From assembly GCF_009914755.1 (NCBI RefSeq), contig NC_060934.1: a stretch of DNA of 64,000 bases, one strand, 5' to 3'. This document shows positions 43,500 to 58,881 of this stretch, one piece after another. Source of the DNA: the human T2T-CHM13v2.0 reference genome, Homo sapiens. The translations under genes and the position numbers were made by a program. The notes below the pieces were generated by a model, which was given only the letters and a program-made list of their open reading frames with translations, did no database searches and had not been told where the DNA came from. The stretch's first letter is position 1; every line of letters begins with the position of its first letter.

Positions 43500-44860
43500 A
43501 CTTTTTGAACGGTAAAGAGACCACTCTAAATGTTCGCCTGGATGTTTGTCCTGGATATAAATCAAGGAATGGGGTAAACTGGCTACATAATCTACACATC
43601 ATTAACTTCACAAGATAATGTCACATTTTATCACAAAATGCTTTCACAAAGTTTACTATCACTGAGATTGTGCCTGAGACATGATAAACTAAAATATTTA
43701 GTACAGCTGAGTATTATCATATTTGTTACTTTTGCCAACATAACAGGTGTAAATGTATATTTTTATCTCTCTGTGTAAATGATTGTAAACATCTCTTTTT
43801 ATGCCTATTAGCAATATATATTTCTTTGTGAAATATCTATTCATGTTTTTGACCATTGTTTTCTTTGGTTTTTATTTTTCTTATCAAATTTCAGAATTTT
43901 TCTGTATTGTTTACACCAGGCCTTTGGGAGTTATGCATGTGGCAAATGGCTTCTTGCCTTCTTGTCTTGTTTTCTGGTGTGTGGGGTGCTTTTAATATTC
44001 TTAATGGGTACTTTTATGAATAGAAAATCTTAATTAGAATTGATTCATATTGATTGATCTTTATTATTTACACATTTGTACTGAAATAAATATTTTAATA
44101 TCAGAACTTAGAACTTTAAAAAGTTAGTAAAATGTACATATATATGCATACATATATGTTACTTTTTTCTCTATAAAATTTTTGGTTTTGCCTTCAACAT
44201 TTAAATTACTTTTCTGGTTTAAATGTAAATATATGATGTAGGGTGAGAACCACATTTTCACTTTTTTAACATGAATAATTATTTTTTCACCTCTATTTTT
44301 CAACAGCTTCTCTTCTTCAGCAACCTATCATGTCGTCACTGTTATATATTAAGGTTTCAGATATATTTCTGTGCTTTCTATGTTATAATTTTTGTGCATT
44401 CATATGTCCCCAATACAATCTCTCTTAAACAATAATAATTTCAAAGTAATTTATTTTACTTCTCTTCTTTGGAGGAATATTTCTATTCTTGACTTTTTAA
44501 CTTTCAATATAAATTTAAAAATTGATTTGTGAAATTTCACACAACGTATGTACACAGATCATGATACATATGCTTATACATTGGATTTAACTAGTTTAGA
44601 ATTAGAATGATTATCTCTACATGTTGGTTGGGGAAGAAATGAAAACTTTAAGAAATTAGGATTTTATATCCATGAATATAGTATATAAAGCTTCATGTAT
44701 TTCATTTTAAGTGCTGTTTATGAAAGTTTTATAATTTTCAATGTACATTCTTCAGCATATTTTTCAAATGTAATCCTGTAAGTTCTATATTTTTATATTA
44801 CTATTGCAAATAATAGCTTTATTAAAATGTTTTGGTTTTAAATGCCGCTGCTACTGCAAG
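43500..44860 (-). mobile_element. Old L1 (L1ME-like) remnant
   Basis: T-rich; tttctttgtgaaatatctattcatg, atccatgaatatagtata; highly diverged. Confidence 0.55.
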
Positions 44861-44882
44861 CTGGTTTAAAAAATTAGTTTCT

Positions 44883-45220
<338 letters not shown>

Positions 45221-46174
45221 TTAGCACTAGGAATGCAAATTAGTGTTTTTATGTTTGAAAATTTGAAAGATTTTTCTGTACGAGCCACCATTTCTACATT
45301 AAAACAGCTGCTGTCTACATAGCAACGGTGGTCCTTGCGAAATGAGACACACTCTTCACATCGCCACAAACACAGTCTCTTCCCCGTCACTTACTTAATT
45401 TTTATCTGTTCCAGCATCCTTTTACCCAGGCTGTCATGAAATATATTTAAACTACATAAAGAGAAAACATAAGCTTCTAAAAACAGGAGTGACTTTGTAG
45501 ATACTGAGTTGCTTTTAAAGAATTATTTCTGGAAAGCATTTTGATGAAATCCATTTAATGCCATTCAGGAGTTGAGAATGGCTGATAAGAATAGCTTATC
45601 CTCTGCAGCCAAGGGAAAAAAGTGCTTCGTTTTTGTTTGGTTTTGCTTTCGTATGTTCTCTGTAGCCATGCGGTTTGTTTTTTTTGAACAGCCTTGTGAT
45701 ATTAATTTATTGGAATCTTCTCCCAAACTCCTGTCATCCCACACAGATGAAGTGTTCCCAAAGCATGACAGTGAATGTGAAAACCTGAAGTTTTGGAGAG
45801 AGAATTTCTGAGCTGGCTGCCAATGCTTTTTCCAGCTAATTAGTGCTGCTGCTTTCCCATCAATTGGGAGGGCGGCAGTGGAGGCAGTGAAAACCATGCA
45901 GTGGGGTAACACCTCATCAAGACGCTTTAAACACAGCGGTGGAATAAAAACCCAAACTGTCTTTTCTTTCTGGATTCTGTCACACTGGAAAATCTGACTT
46001 TTAAACCATTATTTCTATTTCTTGGAAAGGCGTAAAACAGCATGGAGTTCAGGGATCAGCACTTTCCTTGCTCGGATAGTATTGATAAACATTTGGCTAC
46101 CATTTCCAAGTTATAAAGTATTTTAATTTTTAAATTTCTTATATATGTATATTTGTGTATCTGGTTATAAAATT

Positions 46175-46275
46175 TTCATTTAATATTTATGAAACGTAGA
46201 GATTATAGTTTAAGTAACTTATCCAAGGTAACATAACCTGGCAGATAAGTGGCAAAGCCGGGGTTCAGCCATCTT
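46175..46275 (-). mobile_element. MIR remnant
   Basis: tttaagtaacttatccaaggtaaca..taagtggcaaagccgggg. Confidence 0.65.
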
Positions 46276-47136
46276 CCAAATTCCTTCCTTTTTTTTTTTT
46301 TCTAAATTTGTTCCCTAACTTTGCTTGTAACATGGATTTTCACTGTGAGCCTCTCTATAATTTTCATCAAAAACTAGATGCATATTCGTCCTGAAAATTA
46401 CTGTTTGCCACTTCGAGAAAATAGTTGAGTCCTTCCAAATAATAAATATAGGCAAATATTGTAAAGTACAAAGTCACTGATGGGCATCAGTTTTACTTAC
46501 TCATGGCGTAATGCAAATCCCACACATAAGGGCATTTCCAGAGTGCTGTTGTTTATGCATTTAATGTTTCATTGTAGGGCAGAAAAGCTTGTGTTTGCCA
46601 ATATATTGATATTATCTAGAGGATTCATGTGATTTCCAAAGCAGTTTCTATTGCATTTTCAGATTGTTTGAAATTAACATAATACCCATATTGCCTTTCT
46701 AAAGCCTGTTTCTTTCCAATGCGTACAGTAGCTGAGACCAAGAGCACAGGGAGCCAGGTAATTTAGAAGGTCAGCAAACCGTGAATTTTTGGCTAGAATT
46801 ACTTTAGGCAGTTGGCTCTGTCCTTACAAAGCTCAAATCCGTCTTACTAAAACAAACATTTTAGGTCACTGAATCCAAGGGGGAAAAATATCTATTTTTT
46901 TTTAAATTATCAACTTGCCCAAAGAACTAGTAAATTTTCCCTTTTGTGCTTATATAATAATTTAGAATATACTCATTTAATTATGTGCTGTTCCTTTTGC
47001 AGCCAAAGTCACTCAAGGGAAAAATGGTGCAATGGACACATAGGGATCTAGAAGAGTTTTGGTCAAAGAAAAAAAGACATGACCAGAAGCCAAACAAGGA
47101 GCTAGGGTCTGAGCACCAGTGTGTAGGTCATTGCCA

Positions 47137-47139
<3 letters not shown>

Positions 47140-47172
<33 letters not shown>
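47140..47172 (+). repeat. Poly(A)33 mononucleotide tract
   Basis: Read directly. Confidence 0.95.
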
Positions 47173-47174
<2 letters not shown>

Positions 47175-47564
47175 GATCTAAGTGCAAAATTAAAGAATAT
47201 CATTGCATGTTACAAACCAAAATTGTGTTATCAGCAAAGACATCATATTTTAATCTAGTTTATGAACTAGAATAGAATTACTGACTTTTTGTAAATAAGA
47301 AACCATGACCTCATAAACAAATTTAGCAGAAAAATTTACAGAACATTTACGTTAAAAATGAACCATATAAAATACTCTTTTTAGACAGAGATTAAATGTT
47401 CAAAAACCCACAGGGGTACATTATTTTTATCAAAGGTAAAAGTCTGATACAGAACATAAAGAATTATATATTCTGGCACCTTCCTGAGATCTGTAATTAG
47501 TTTAAAGTTCGCTTACTTTTGAATTTAGTAACACATCAGAGCTATGGCATATTTTATATGACTA

Positions 47565-48190
47565 CATATTTTTCAAATCATTTTAGAGTTATATAAAGTT
47601 TAGAAAATAGTATAAAAGAACTTCCATCTACTTCTACCCCACCCCTGCGATTGTTACTATTTCTCCTTACCACGTCGGCTTTACCGTTTCCTATATATTC
47701 ATATTATCATGTTTGTGAACCATTTAAATGTCAGTTGCAGCCCCATGCCCCTTTATCCCTAAATACTAATACTTTATAGCAGTAAATACTATTTCCTAAG
47801 AACTAGGATATTACCATGGTACAGTGAACTAAATCAGGAAATTAACATTAATATAATACTACGATCTAATCTACAGACCTTAACTATCTTTTGTCAATTG
47901 CCCTAATAATGGTTTTTTTAATAGGAAATAAAATCACATCAATGGCCAGCCCCAGAACACACACTGGATGTAGTTTCCATGACACATCTCAGTCTCCTTC
48001 AATCTGGACAGTCCACATTCTGTTTTCCTCTGTCCTGAGCATGGCATTTTGTAAGAGAACAGGCTGGATGCCTTGTAGAGCATCCTTCAATTTGTGTTTG
48101 CTTGAGGCATCCTTGTTATTCGATTGAGGTCATGTATTTTTTGGCAAAAGTGATGTTGTGTCTTTCTCAGTGCATTGAAGAGTAGACATG
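47565..48190 (-). mobile_element. L1MC4/L1MC5-type 3' UTR remnant
   Basis: gaaccatttaaatgtcagttgcag, atttcctaagaactagg, aaatcaggaaattaacatt..tctaatctacagacc. Confidence 0.7.
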
Positions 48191-48479
48191 TATATTTTTA
48201 AAGTTAAATAGATTTCAAAATGTTTCTCCTGAAAGCAATTAATAAACATCGCAAATCCTTTATTTACTTGTTCATTAATAGAAATAATAAAATCAGAGTT
48301 GTATTAATCTTAAATTGAGAATTTACCATATACAAGGTACTAATTAATTTACATTCGTTTACCTGAATTCTTTATTATGATCCTATTTCTTTTATTTTTT
48401 TCTCTTCTTTTTTAATTTCACAAACACAAAAGAGCATATACATTTTATGTTAAAGCTAGGGCAGTTCTTTACAGGTTGA

Positions 48480-48486
48480 CTCTTTT

Positions 48487-48530
<44 letters not shown>

Positions 48531-48660
48531 TTCTTTCTCTCTCTCTCTCTTTCTTTCTTTTCTTTCTTCTCTCTCCCCTCCCTTCCTCCCTCCCTTCCTT
48601 CCTTCCTTCCTTCCTTACTTTTTCCTTGTCTCTCTTTCTCTTTTTCTTTCTCTTTATTCC
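48480..48660. repeat. (TTTC)n/(TC)n/(TTCC)n polypyrimidine tract
   Basis: Read directly. Confidence 0.95.
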
Positions 48661-48689
48661 AGTGTTTCTATTTATGAAGATGGGACCAA

Positions 48690-49752
48690 AAGTTCACAAT
48701 ATAATAGTAAAATTGTCATTTATGTTAGAGATAATTTGTAAACAAAGCTAATCCAAACTCCCACCCTTCCAAAAAACAAACAAACAAACAAATAAGAACC
48801 CAGAGAGATGCTCACTGTATTTTGCTTATAAGGAATAAGATGGAGATGAAATATCATAATATAAAATGGCCAATTAAAATGGAAGAAGGTAGAAAAAAGA
48901 AACACAGAGCAAATGCAACAAGTAACAAATATGATAAATAGTAACCTAACTATGTTTGCAATAACTTTAAATGTGAACAATCTATATGCACCAGTTAAAA
49001 AATGGTAGAGGAGATAAGAAAAAGAAGCAAAAATCTCAACTATTTGTCTTCTGTAAGAAATCCATTTTAAATCTAAAGACTCGGGAAAAAAGAAAAGTGA
49101 TAGGCTTCCAACTTCAGCTCTCACATTTCACCGTCATGGAAGTTGTCATTCCTATCCTTACGACAACAACAGCAATGTTGGAAGAACAAAATTAATAATT
49201 TTTAAGCCCTTCAGAAAACTGAGGGTGCAGAGAACACTGTCACTCTGAAATCTGGTGCCATGCGTATGCAGAGGATTGCAGGACGTATTTGACATGAAAA
49301 GCACCACCAATACTGGAACTAATTTACAGTTATGGATTCCTTTATCCAACATTATTAGAATACACTGCTCAAGTTCACAGAAAACGTTCACCAAGAGAGA
49401 CTGCATCCTGGGCCATACAACACAACTTAACGCATTCAAAAGAAAAAAATAATACAAAGTATACTCTGAGACCACCATGAAATTAATTTAGAAATCAGTA
49501 ACAGAACAATAGCAAGAAATTCAAAAATATTTGGAGAGTAAGCTAGTTGTCACTAAATAATATGTGAACCTAAGAAGAACTCTCAAAAGAAATTTATATA
49601 TATTTGAATAAAAACTTAAAAGACTGTCAAAATTTGTTGAATGCAATGAAATTCAAGTTTGAAATGAATTTTATAGCATTAAGTGCACATGTTAGAGAAA
49701 AAAACTTAAAAGAATCAAGAATAAAAGCTTCTACCTTAAGAAACTAGAGAAA
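48690..49752 (+). mobile_element. L1M ORF1-end/ORF2 remnant
   Basis: ttaaatgtgaacaatcta, gaaaacgttcaccaagagagac, tagaaatcagtaacag, ttctaccttaagaaactagag. Confidence 0.75.
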
Positions 49753-50874
49753 GTGTTCATCCAAACATCTACTGAAGGACATCTCAATTGCCTTCCGTTT
49801 CTGGTGACTATGAATAAAGCTGCTATCAACATTCAATGTAGGGATTTTTTTCTGTGTGTGAACATAAGTTTTTGGCTCCTTTTGGTAAATAAAAAGGAGG
49901 ACAATTGCTGGGTCATAAATCAGAGTACATTTAGTTTTGCAAAATAACTGGCAAAAGGTCTTCCAGAGTGGCTATATCATCTGAATTTTCACCAACCATG
50001 AGTGAGAGTCCCTCTGCTTAACAACTTCCCCAGCATTTGGTGGCGTCAATGTTTTGGCTTTTTCAGCATTTAACAGGTGTGGAGTGCTCGCTCACTGTTG
50101 TTCTACCCTGTAATCCACTAAAGATGTATGATTTTGAGCATCTTTTTATATGATTTTTTCCATCTGTATATTTTCCTTATTTAAATGCCTGTTCAGATAT
50201 TTTGCTCTTCTTAAACTGTGTTGTTGATTTTGATATTGTTGGCTTTAAAAGTTCTTTGTATAATACAATTTGGATATCAGTCCTTTATCAGATATGTCTT
50301 TTGCAAACATTATCTTCCAGTCCGTGGCTTGTTGATGATTCTTTTAACAGTGTTTTTGCAGAGCAAAACATTTAACTCTAATAAAGTCCAATTTACCAAA
50401 ATTTATACGTATTTTATTCATGAATCACGACGTGGATGTTGTGTTCAAAACTAAGTTGCCTAGATTTTCTCCTATGTTATCTTCACATTTTATAGTCTTG
50501 TATTTTATATTTAGGTCTATGATACATTTTGAGTTAATTCAATAAAGGGTTGTAACGTCTTTGTGTAGAATCTTTTTTTTTTTTTTTTTTTTGCATGTGG
50601 ATGTTGAGTTGTTCTAGCACCATTAGTTGATAAGATTGTCTTTGCTCCATTAAATTGTCTTTGCCATCTAGGATCAGTTGACTATTTGTGTGGGTTTATT
50701 TCTAGGCATTCTATTCTGCTCTATTAATCTATTTTTCTATTATGTCACCAACATGGCGCCGTTTTGATTACTGTAAGACCTGAAGTCAAGTTGTGCTGGT
50801 CTGCTACTTTGGTCTTTTCCTTCAGCATCATGTTAGCATTCTAGGTCTTTTGCTTTCACATATAAATTTAAAAT

Positions 50875-51085
50875 AAAAAATTGTTCTCATGGAGGTAGAG
50901 AGTAGAATGACTGAGAAGAGAGGCTGGGAAAATTGTGTGTGTGGTAGGCTCATAGGTACAATCATAGAGTTAGATAGAATACGTTTCAATGTTTGATAGC
51001 AGGATACGGTAACTACTGTTAACAATGATGCATTTTATATTTCAAATTAGCTAGGAGAGAAGACTTGACACGTTCACAACACATT
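50875..51085 (+). mobile_element. L1MA 3' UTR fragment
   Basis: ctcatggaggtagagagtagaatg, agttagatagaa, tatatttcaaattagctag. Confidence 0.75.
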
Positions 51086-51089
51086 TCAG

Positions 51090-51338
<249 letters not shown>

Positions 51339-52049
51339 TTAAAATCGGTTTGTTGATATTCACAGAATAACTTGTTGGGCTTTTAACTGGGCTTGCATTG
51401 AATGTATAGGTCAAGTAGGAAAGAACTGACATCTTGATAATATGGAGTCTTCTTATTTATGAACACAAAATAATCTACATTTATGAGTTTTAAAAAAAAT
51501 TTCTTTCATCAAAGTTTTGTACTTTTCCTCATCTAGATCTTAGACATATTTTTTAGACATATAGCTATTTATTTTTGTTTGTGGGTTGATACTAATGTAA
51601 ATGATACTGTATTTTTAATTTTAAATTTCATATATTATTTATATGCTGTTATGGAAGACAGTGTTTGACTTTTGCATATTAGCCTGGATGTTGCAGCCTT
51701 TTAAAAATCACTAATTAGTTCTAGCAGTTTTATTGTTGATTATTTTGGACTTTCCACAAAGACAGTCACGTCATCTGAGAATAAAGGCAATTTTATTTTT
51801 TCCATCCCAATTGTATACTTTTTCTTTTCTTGTCTTGTCTTGTTGCATTGTCTAGTACTCAATCAGAAGCCAAATAGGAGTGGCCAGTGGGGGCATCCTG
51901 GATTTGCTCCTGATCTTAGTGGGAAAGCTTTTAGTTACTCACCAGCAAGTAAGATGTCAGCACTGCCCCAGAAGAAGCAATCACCATAATCATTTCTAAT
52001 TCCATAAATTACCTGTGCTTGCTAAATTCATTTTATAAAAGCAAAAACT

Positions 52050-53300
52050 TGGTATCAAAATATGGTATAACTTGATATCATAGGAAAAATTTGAAAAACA
52101 AAACCCTCCCATATGCCATCAACTTAAAAAGCATAATGTGAATACAAATATAAAAGATAAATTATCAAAGCTCTCAAAGATTATAAAAGAGAACATCTGT
52201 ATTACCTCAGTGTTGGGAAAGTATTTTAAATAGATCACAAAAAGCACTAATCATAAACTAGTAATGAAATGTGACTATATTAAAATTAAAATTTTTTATC
52301 CACAAAAAACAGCAACTTTATACTGGCTAAAAAGATAAGTCAAACAAGGAGAGAAGATGTTTGCAACATGCACTAGAAACAAAAAGCTGATTGCTAGGTA
52401 GTCAGCCATTTCCTATCATATTCATCTGCTGTTTTCCTTGATGACACTAGTAAAGTGCATGGCCAAAGCCACCTTGCCAATGGCTTCCAGATAGATTCAG
52501 GCAATAGACAGAACGAGTGTGAGTTTGGAAGAGAAGAGGAAAGGAGGAATAGGGATGTGTCTTCTCCTTTCTCTCTTTCTTTATCAAAATGAGCAGTCTT
52601 TGTAAGGCTTACAAGTTATGTTGAGGAGATGGAGCAATGGAAACCGTCATCCACTGCTAATGTGAATATAAATGGATATTAGTGTGTAAAGAGTGGTTTT
52701 CATCAGCTGCTAAATGAAAAGATCAGTGTAGCCTATCAACCTTCAATGCCACTGTCACTCTATATCAAACATTAATTGTGCTTATGAGTCCCAAATGATA
52801 TATTCAAGCATGGGCATAAGAGAATTATTTTTAACAACCACAAATTAGAAATAATGCAAATGTCCATCTACGGTTGAATGAATACTTCGGTATGTTTACA
52901 CAATGGATTACAAAACAGCCATGGAGATGAGCAAACTAAAGCCACTTGCAACTGTGTGGGTGAGTTTTACAAATGTGATGTTCTGGAAAAGAAAACAAAC
53001 ACAAAAGAACAATATGCTTTGCATTTATTTTGTAAAGTTTGAAAACATATCAAAAATTTATTTTTCAAGGGTGCCTGCTTAGACAATAAAACTATAAGAA
53101 AATAATTATCACAGAAGTCAGAAGTATGTTTCCATTGTCATGGAAAGAGAAGTAGTGACTAGGAGCCAATATTAGTGTCTTCCGGGTCACCGGCAACCCT
53201 TCAAGCTTCATTGGGAAAACATGGATGATCAATTTCTGATATAATATTGAGCAGAACATTTTAATTTTCTAAATCTTATTTAATATTTTACAGTACAATT
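52050..53300 (+). mobile_element. L1ME-like remnants
   Basis: atatttgcaaca-like, aaatgtccatctacggttgaatgaata, aaacacaaaagaaca; diverged. Confidence 0.6.
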
Positions 53301-56019
53301 TATAAAAGTTACCATTACATGACATATATCATTGAAATATTTTGTCACTTTATGAAAAAAACTCAGTAAAAGTTTTTGTCATTTAACCAAAATTTTTATT
53401 TTTGTTAAAGCAGAAGAAACTGAGTATTCTCTGATGTATCGAACAGGCATAATTCTGTACAATGGTCTTCAAGATAATGTGAAAAGAAAAACAGGATGAT
53501 TACTTGTTTTCACAAAAGAGAAGTTATGCAAATTTATCGGCAGATGAGAAATGGGATTCTGAATTGAGGTTGTCCACAGGCTCTGCCACAGGACATGGAA
53601 CAGCAGACCTCAGTATATAAAGGAAAATGTTGATAATGAGCCTGGTTTAATAATAATTCAAATCATGATGCTTACAAAATGTTTGAGGAGCTGAGATATT
53701 CTAATGATAAGTACAACAGAGGCTGAAACAGAATAAAACATCTCTAGAAGTTCAATATGAAGAGCAAAAATATTTGGGCCCTATTCTTGTTTAATGAAAT
53801 GGAAGCCTGCATCCAACTTAATCTCTGTGTATTACTCACTTAAAAATAATGTCTCTTCCGACAATTGTCAAAAAAGTACATGATGGGACATTGTCCTTAT
53901 CCTTAGGTTAAAAACCTAATTTTAAGTTCCCCGATTCTTAAAATCTGCTTCTGTTCTCTTCTCTAATGTCTCACACTTTTAAAAACTCTCTCTCACCCCA
54001 ATGGTAATGGAAAGGTTTAGTTTTTGAAGTCAGATGGTTGTAGAAGCATAGCTGAAATTTCACCTATATTTGGTACATCCTAAAACATGACTGACATGTG
54101 GGTGATTTTAGCAATGTCAAGTTTAACAAAATAAAGCTATCAGTACAACTTGGAGATATTCAAATAAAAAGATTTGAACATTCTCAATAAGGTAGGACAT
54201 TTTTTATGTTCTGAATCTCAAGTTATTCTAGTGGGTTTTCTATAATTAACTGTTACCAGTGGACCACATGGTGTTCATATAACATTTGTTTATAAAAACG
54301 AAAAAGAAATTCACATTTTTTCCAAAAATTACTTTGTGATGTGGACTTTTTCTTGGACAATAGAAATTCGAAATGTGGAATTGTCTGATACACACATAAA
54401 ATAGATGGCTTTAGGTTTTTTAAGTATGATTTAAGGTGGAAACTATTTAAGAAGAATTATATATGATATTATGTGATTTTATTTATATATACAAGTTTAA
54501 ATGAGATAATTCATAATATATAAATATCTGTCTTCTATATTTTATTACATAATATTCCCCCCATATGTTATGGTCATTTAAAAACGTTATAGAAATATGT
54601 AATTTTATTATTAAACCACTTAAGTATTTTGCTTAGGAGGCTCCAAGGAAGAAAATACTGATCAGTGAGCACATAGTTAATTCAAAGAGAAATTTTGAAA
54701 TTTTGTATTGGGGTTACATGACGTGATAATTTAATAATGTCTAGAGACGGAGGTTTATAAAACGTATGCCAGATAATTGAACACACCAGTCTGCTTTAAG
54801 GTATTTATATTGCAGTTATCACCTGGATCCTGGCAGTTTTTTTTATAAGAAAGATAGTGTTCTGTGATTAGCAGTCCACCTAATTAATGTATTTATTTAT
54901 TTGTTTCTTTCTCCTTCTTTCAGTATATCAATATTTATTTGATATGCTCTAGGCTGGAACAGTTGGGAAGTGTTTAACCTGAATAAATCTTTTTCCAGGA
55001 GTGCATACTTAATGTGGCAAAAAGCTGGGTAAAGTGATTACTAAAACATTTATTTTCTCCATATCCATAATGCAGTGGCAAAATAGTAAACATCAGTATA
55101 TTTATTAATTTATTTCTGTTTCTGGCTTGAAACCAAGTGCTAAGGTTTGGGGAATGAAAATAATGGGATATTTATCTTGAGAAACTTTACAATGCAAACA
55201 AATTGGAAAATTACCTGGTATAGATAACATGATGTTTCAGATGGAAGCTGTTTGGGAACAGCTAATGGTTTCTCACAAGCCTCAGTAAGCAAAATATCTG
55301 CGTTTCGAATGTATTGATTGAGTTTTATGAAATTAGAAACCTGATCAGTGACATTTTCCGTCATTCCCGAGCACTTTGATGTGAGTCTCAAGTCTTTTCG
55401 TGCTGAAATTAGGATTTTATCCACTCCACTTACTTTATATATCTCTTCCTTTTGTATTCTTATTCGAGGGCATGTACATAATCTAGAAATCATTACAATG
55501 GCAAATAGTGATTTCTTGACCACTATGTTGATATAGCCATTGGGAATATTTGAACATGATTATATTTTTGATTCTCCTCTTAGAGGATTATTTATTTCAC
55601 TTGATTGGCAAATGCTGAAGTCTCAGAGCCCACTGATGCTTTATAACTCATATCTATACTTCTCAGGTAAAATTTTAAAACCTCAAAGGTGTGATTAAGG
55701 TACCTATAAAATCCACTTTGATGTAACATAAAACAACACTGATGAATGCATTTTAGAAAAAAAAGGAGACACACTCTTCCTGCCTCTATCTACATCTTGG
55801 GATTCCAGTAAATTACCCTATGTAATGAACTGAAGGTATTTTTTGATGAGCGCAGGGATGAGCATTGTGCTGTTTATCATTTCTCCCTACCAACGTGACA
55901 TCTCTGCTGATTACTTACATTATGGCTAATTTGCAGCTTATAATCAGTCCTAGTTTCTTAATAAACGTCTCATTAAGTGATGGGAGCTGCCATTTGCCTC
56001 CGTGTTCCCACTTCCCAGC

Positions 56020-56421
56020 ACAATCTGTGAACCGAGGCGCGGGGTGGGCTGCCGGACGTCACAGGTGTCATTTGCAATCATGTTCTGAGGCTTCAAAGGG
56101 GGCGTGTAAAGAAATGCCCTTCACAACGCATTACTGCAAACGACAAGTCTGATTAGTCCCCGTGATGCGGCTTTGCTTTCACTTTTCGTACTTTGAGTAC
56201 ATGACTGTACTGGACAAATGAAGAATGTGTTGGAAGGATTCGAAAGTGGGAGAGACATTCTTGTCTCTGAGTTATGGTGACAACGATGATGTTGCTGATC
56301 ATGATTCCTACACAGTACTAACACAATAAGTTGACCGAAGGAGCAACAAACATCCACAGACGCTCAGAAAACACGTGTGACCGCAGACCTTGGACAAAGC
56401 TGGAAAACTTACTGGGTGAGC
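56020..56421 (+). promoter_or_regulatory. CpG-enriched unique segment; candidate promoter/first exon
   Basis: About 20 CpG in 420 bp; GGGGTGGG, GGACGTCA, CAGGTG, GGGGCGTG motifs; donor TGG|GTGAGC at 56415/56416. Confidence 0.3.
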
Positions 56422-57019
56422 CGTTTCTAGAGTCGTTGGGGAGAACAGAAATGACACATAGTTGATGAACAGGCAAGAAGAGATATTGGATGAAACAAGG
56501 TAGTCATAAGGTTCCTCTGCTCTTGGCATCACTGACATGCCTGGGAGGAAAGAACACTGGCTTAAATTTGTAAAAACACAGGAGAGAAGTGACTTGACGT
56601 CTTTAAAAATGCCTTTTTCAGAAAAGCATGCACCAAATTGCAAAAGGAGGTTTTTGTTAGTGATTTTCCAGTAAAGTTGTGATACTACCAGCAATCTACC
56701 TAAAAACTTCTAAGACACAGTTCTTAGAAATGAAGACAAACGCAGTTAACAGAAATAAGCGTATTATATTTTAACTCCTATCTTTATAGCTATAAAAGTT
56801 CAGTTACTCAGATCCCAGTTATTGTCACAATGTGGAAAAGGGAAGAGAAAACTCTCTTGCCCCTGTTATAAGAGTACAGACATCCAGTTAGAAAGAGTCA
56901 TTTGACAACCTTACTATTAAACAGAAAAATGGCCTTGACCTTTAAATGACATTTGACAAGTTACTCAGTTATTTTGAAGGCATCTCATTCCATGCAGCAC
57001 ATAATCTCTCTCAATAACT

Positions 57020-57830
57020 TTTTAATTTATTTAAATATAAGTACATATAGGAAACACACAAATCGTAAGTAGACATCTTGATAAATAATCGTAAAATGAT
57101 CACACGGCATAACCAGAATCCTGGTAGAGGAAAGAGGAGGCCAGTATTCTCGAAGAAGTTGTTGTGTTTCCATAACTCCTCCAAGAATTACCAGCATCCT
57201 AATTTCTAACATTATAGATGATTGTGCTTGCTTTGGAATCTTTACAAATGGAACCCTATAGTATTCCATTTTGAAAACGTGTAGCCTCTTTCAATATTTT
57301 GTTCATTAGAGTCACATGAGATTTTGTGTTTACTTATAAATTTTCTGTTCCCAATTCTGTCGACTGTACCATCTATCCTACTGTGAACTGGCATTCGGTA
57401 GGCCACAGTTGGAGCTATTTCTCACAGTGATGCCATGAACATTCTTCTACTTCCTGGTGTTATCAGCAAGGACTGGAGTGACTGGGTCAGTGCATCTATA
57501 AGTTAAGTTCTACTAGACATGGACAAACAGATTTCCAAATGCTGAATTGAAATCACACTTGCTAAAGCTGCACAGGAGGCTCCTGTTTGTCTCATATCTT
57601 CTTTAAGTGTTTTCACTGAAGCTTTTCTGGGGTGTATGCAATGGTATCTGAGGTTTATAACTTTCATTTCCCGGATGATTCATGAAACCAAGCACCTTGG
57701 CATATATTTATAGACCATTTTAATATCATTTTTATGAACTGTATATTCAGGTAATTATCCATTTTCCCATTATCTTGTCTTTATTTTTATATATATAAGG
57801 CATTTTTACAATTAGATGACCTTTTGACAA
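57020..57830 (-). mobile_element. L1ME-like 3' remnant
   Basis: cagcatcctaatttctaac, tttacaaatggaac, gccatgaacattctt, aatggtatct. Confidence 0.6.
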
Positions 57831-58390
57831 TGACTAAAATATACAAACACTTGTCATTTATCTTAACTTTAATTAGGGATTGCCCAGAGCCTTAGTATAT
57901 TGGGTGCCTCAGGTGGTATCCTGGCTGAGAATATTAGACTAACCAATGGGCTCATAGTTTTAAAATTTAGAACTTTCCATTGTCTGAAGCAAAAGTGTTA
58001 CATTAATGTTAATCTTAAACTCCTGAAAACAATCAATATGTATTGTATATAAACACAAATTTCTCTCTTTAAATCATTGCTGAATATAAGTAATAATTTT
58101 GTTTTTAAAATTGCACACATTTATAGCATTATTTTGATATTACTTATCAATATTTTCAAAATTTAAAATATATTATTTAAAATTCAAACTTTTAATATAG
58201 TTATTACTTTTCTTCTTTCTATAAAAATATATTTCAAAATGTTTAATTAGAATTGCTTTGGCATTTAGTAATATCCTGTCATTTGATTACAGACATTAAG
58301 ATTAAGTAATGTGTTTTTTTTTAATTTGTTGCCTTTCTTTAAAAATGTATCTTTTTTCTGATGCCAATCCTTGAGATAAAATATTGGGAC

Positions 58391-58849
58391 TATATATATA
58401 TATATATGTGTATATACATATATATATATATATGTATGTGTATATACATATATATATATGTATGTGTATATACATATATATATGTATGTGTATATACATA
58501 TATATATATGTATGTGTATATACATATATATATATGTATGTGTATATACATATATATATGTATGTGTATATACATATATATATGTATGTGTATATACATA
58601 TATATATGTATGTGTATATACATATATATATGTATGTGTATATACATATATATATGTATGTGTATATACATATATATGTATGTGTATATACATATATATG
58701 TATGTGTATATACTTATATATATGTATGTGTATATACATATATATGTATGTGTATATACATATATATATGTATGTGTATATACATATATATATGTATGTG
58801 TGTATATATATATAGATAGATAGTATGTGTATATATATGTGTGTGTGTG

Positions 58850-58881
<32 letters not shown>

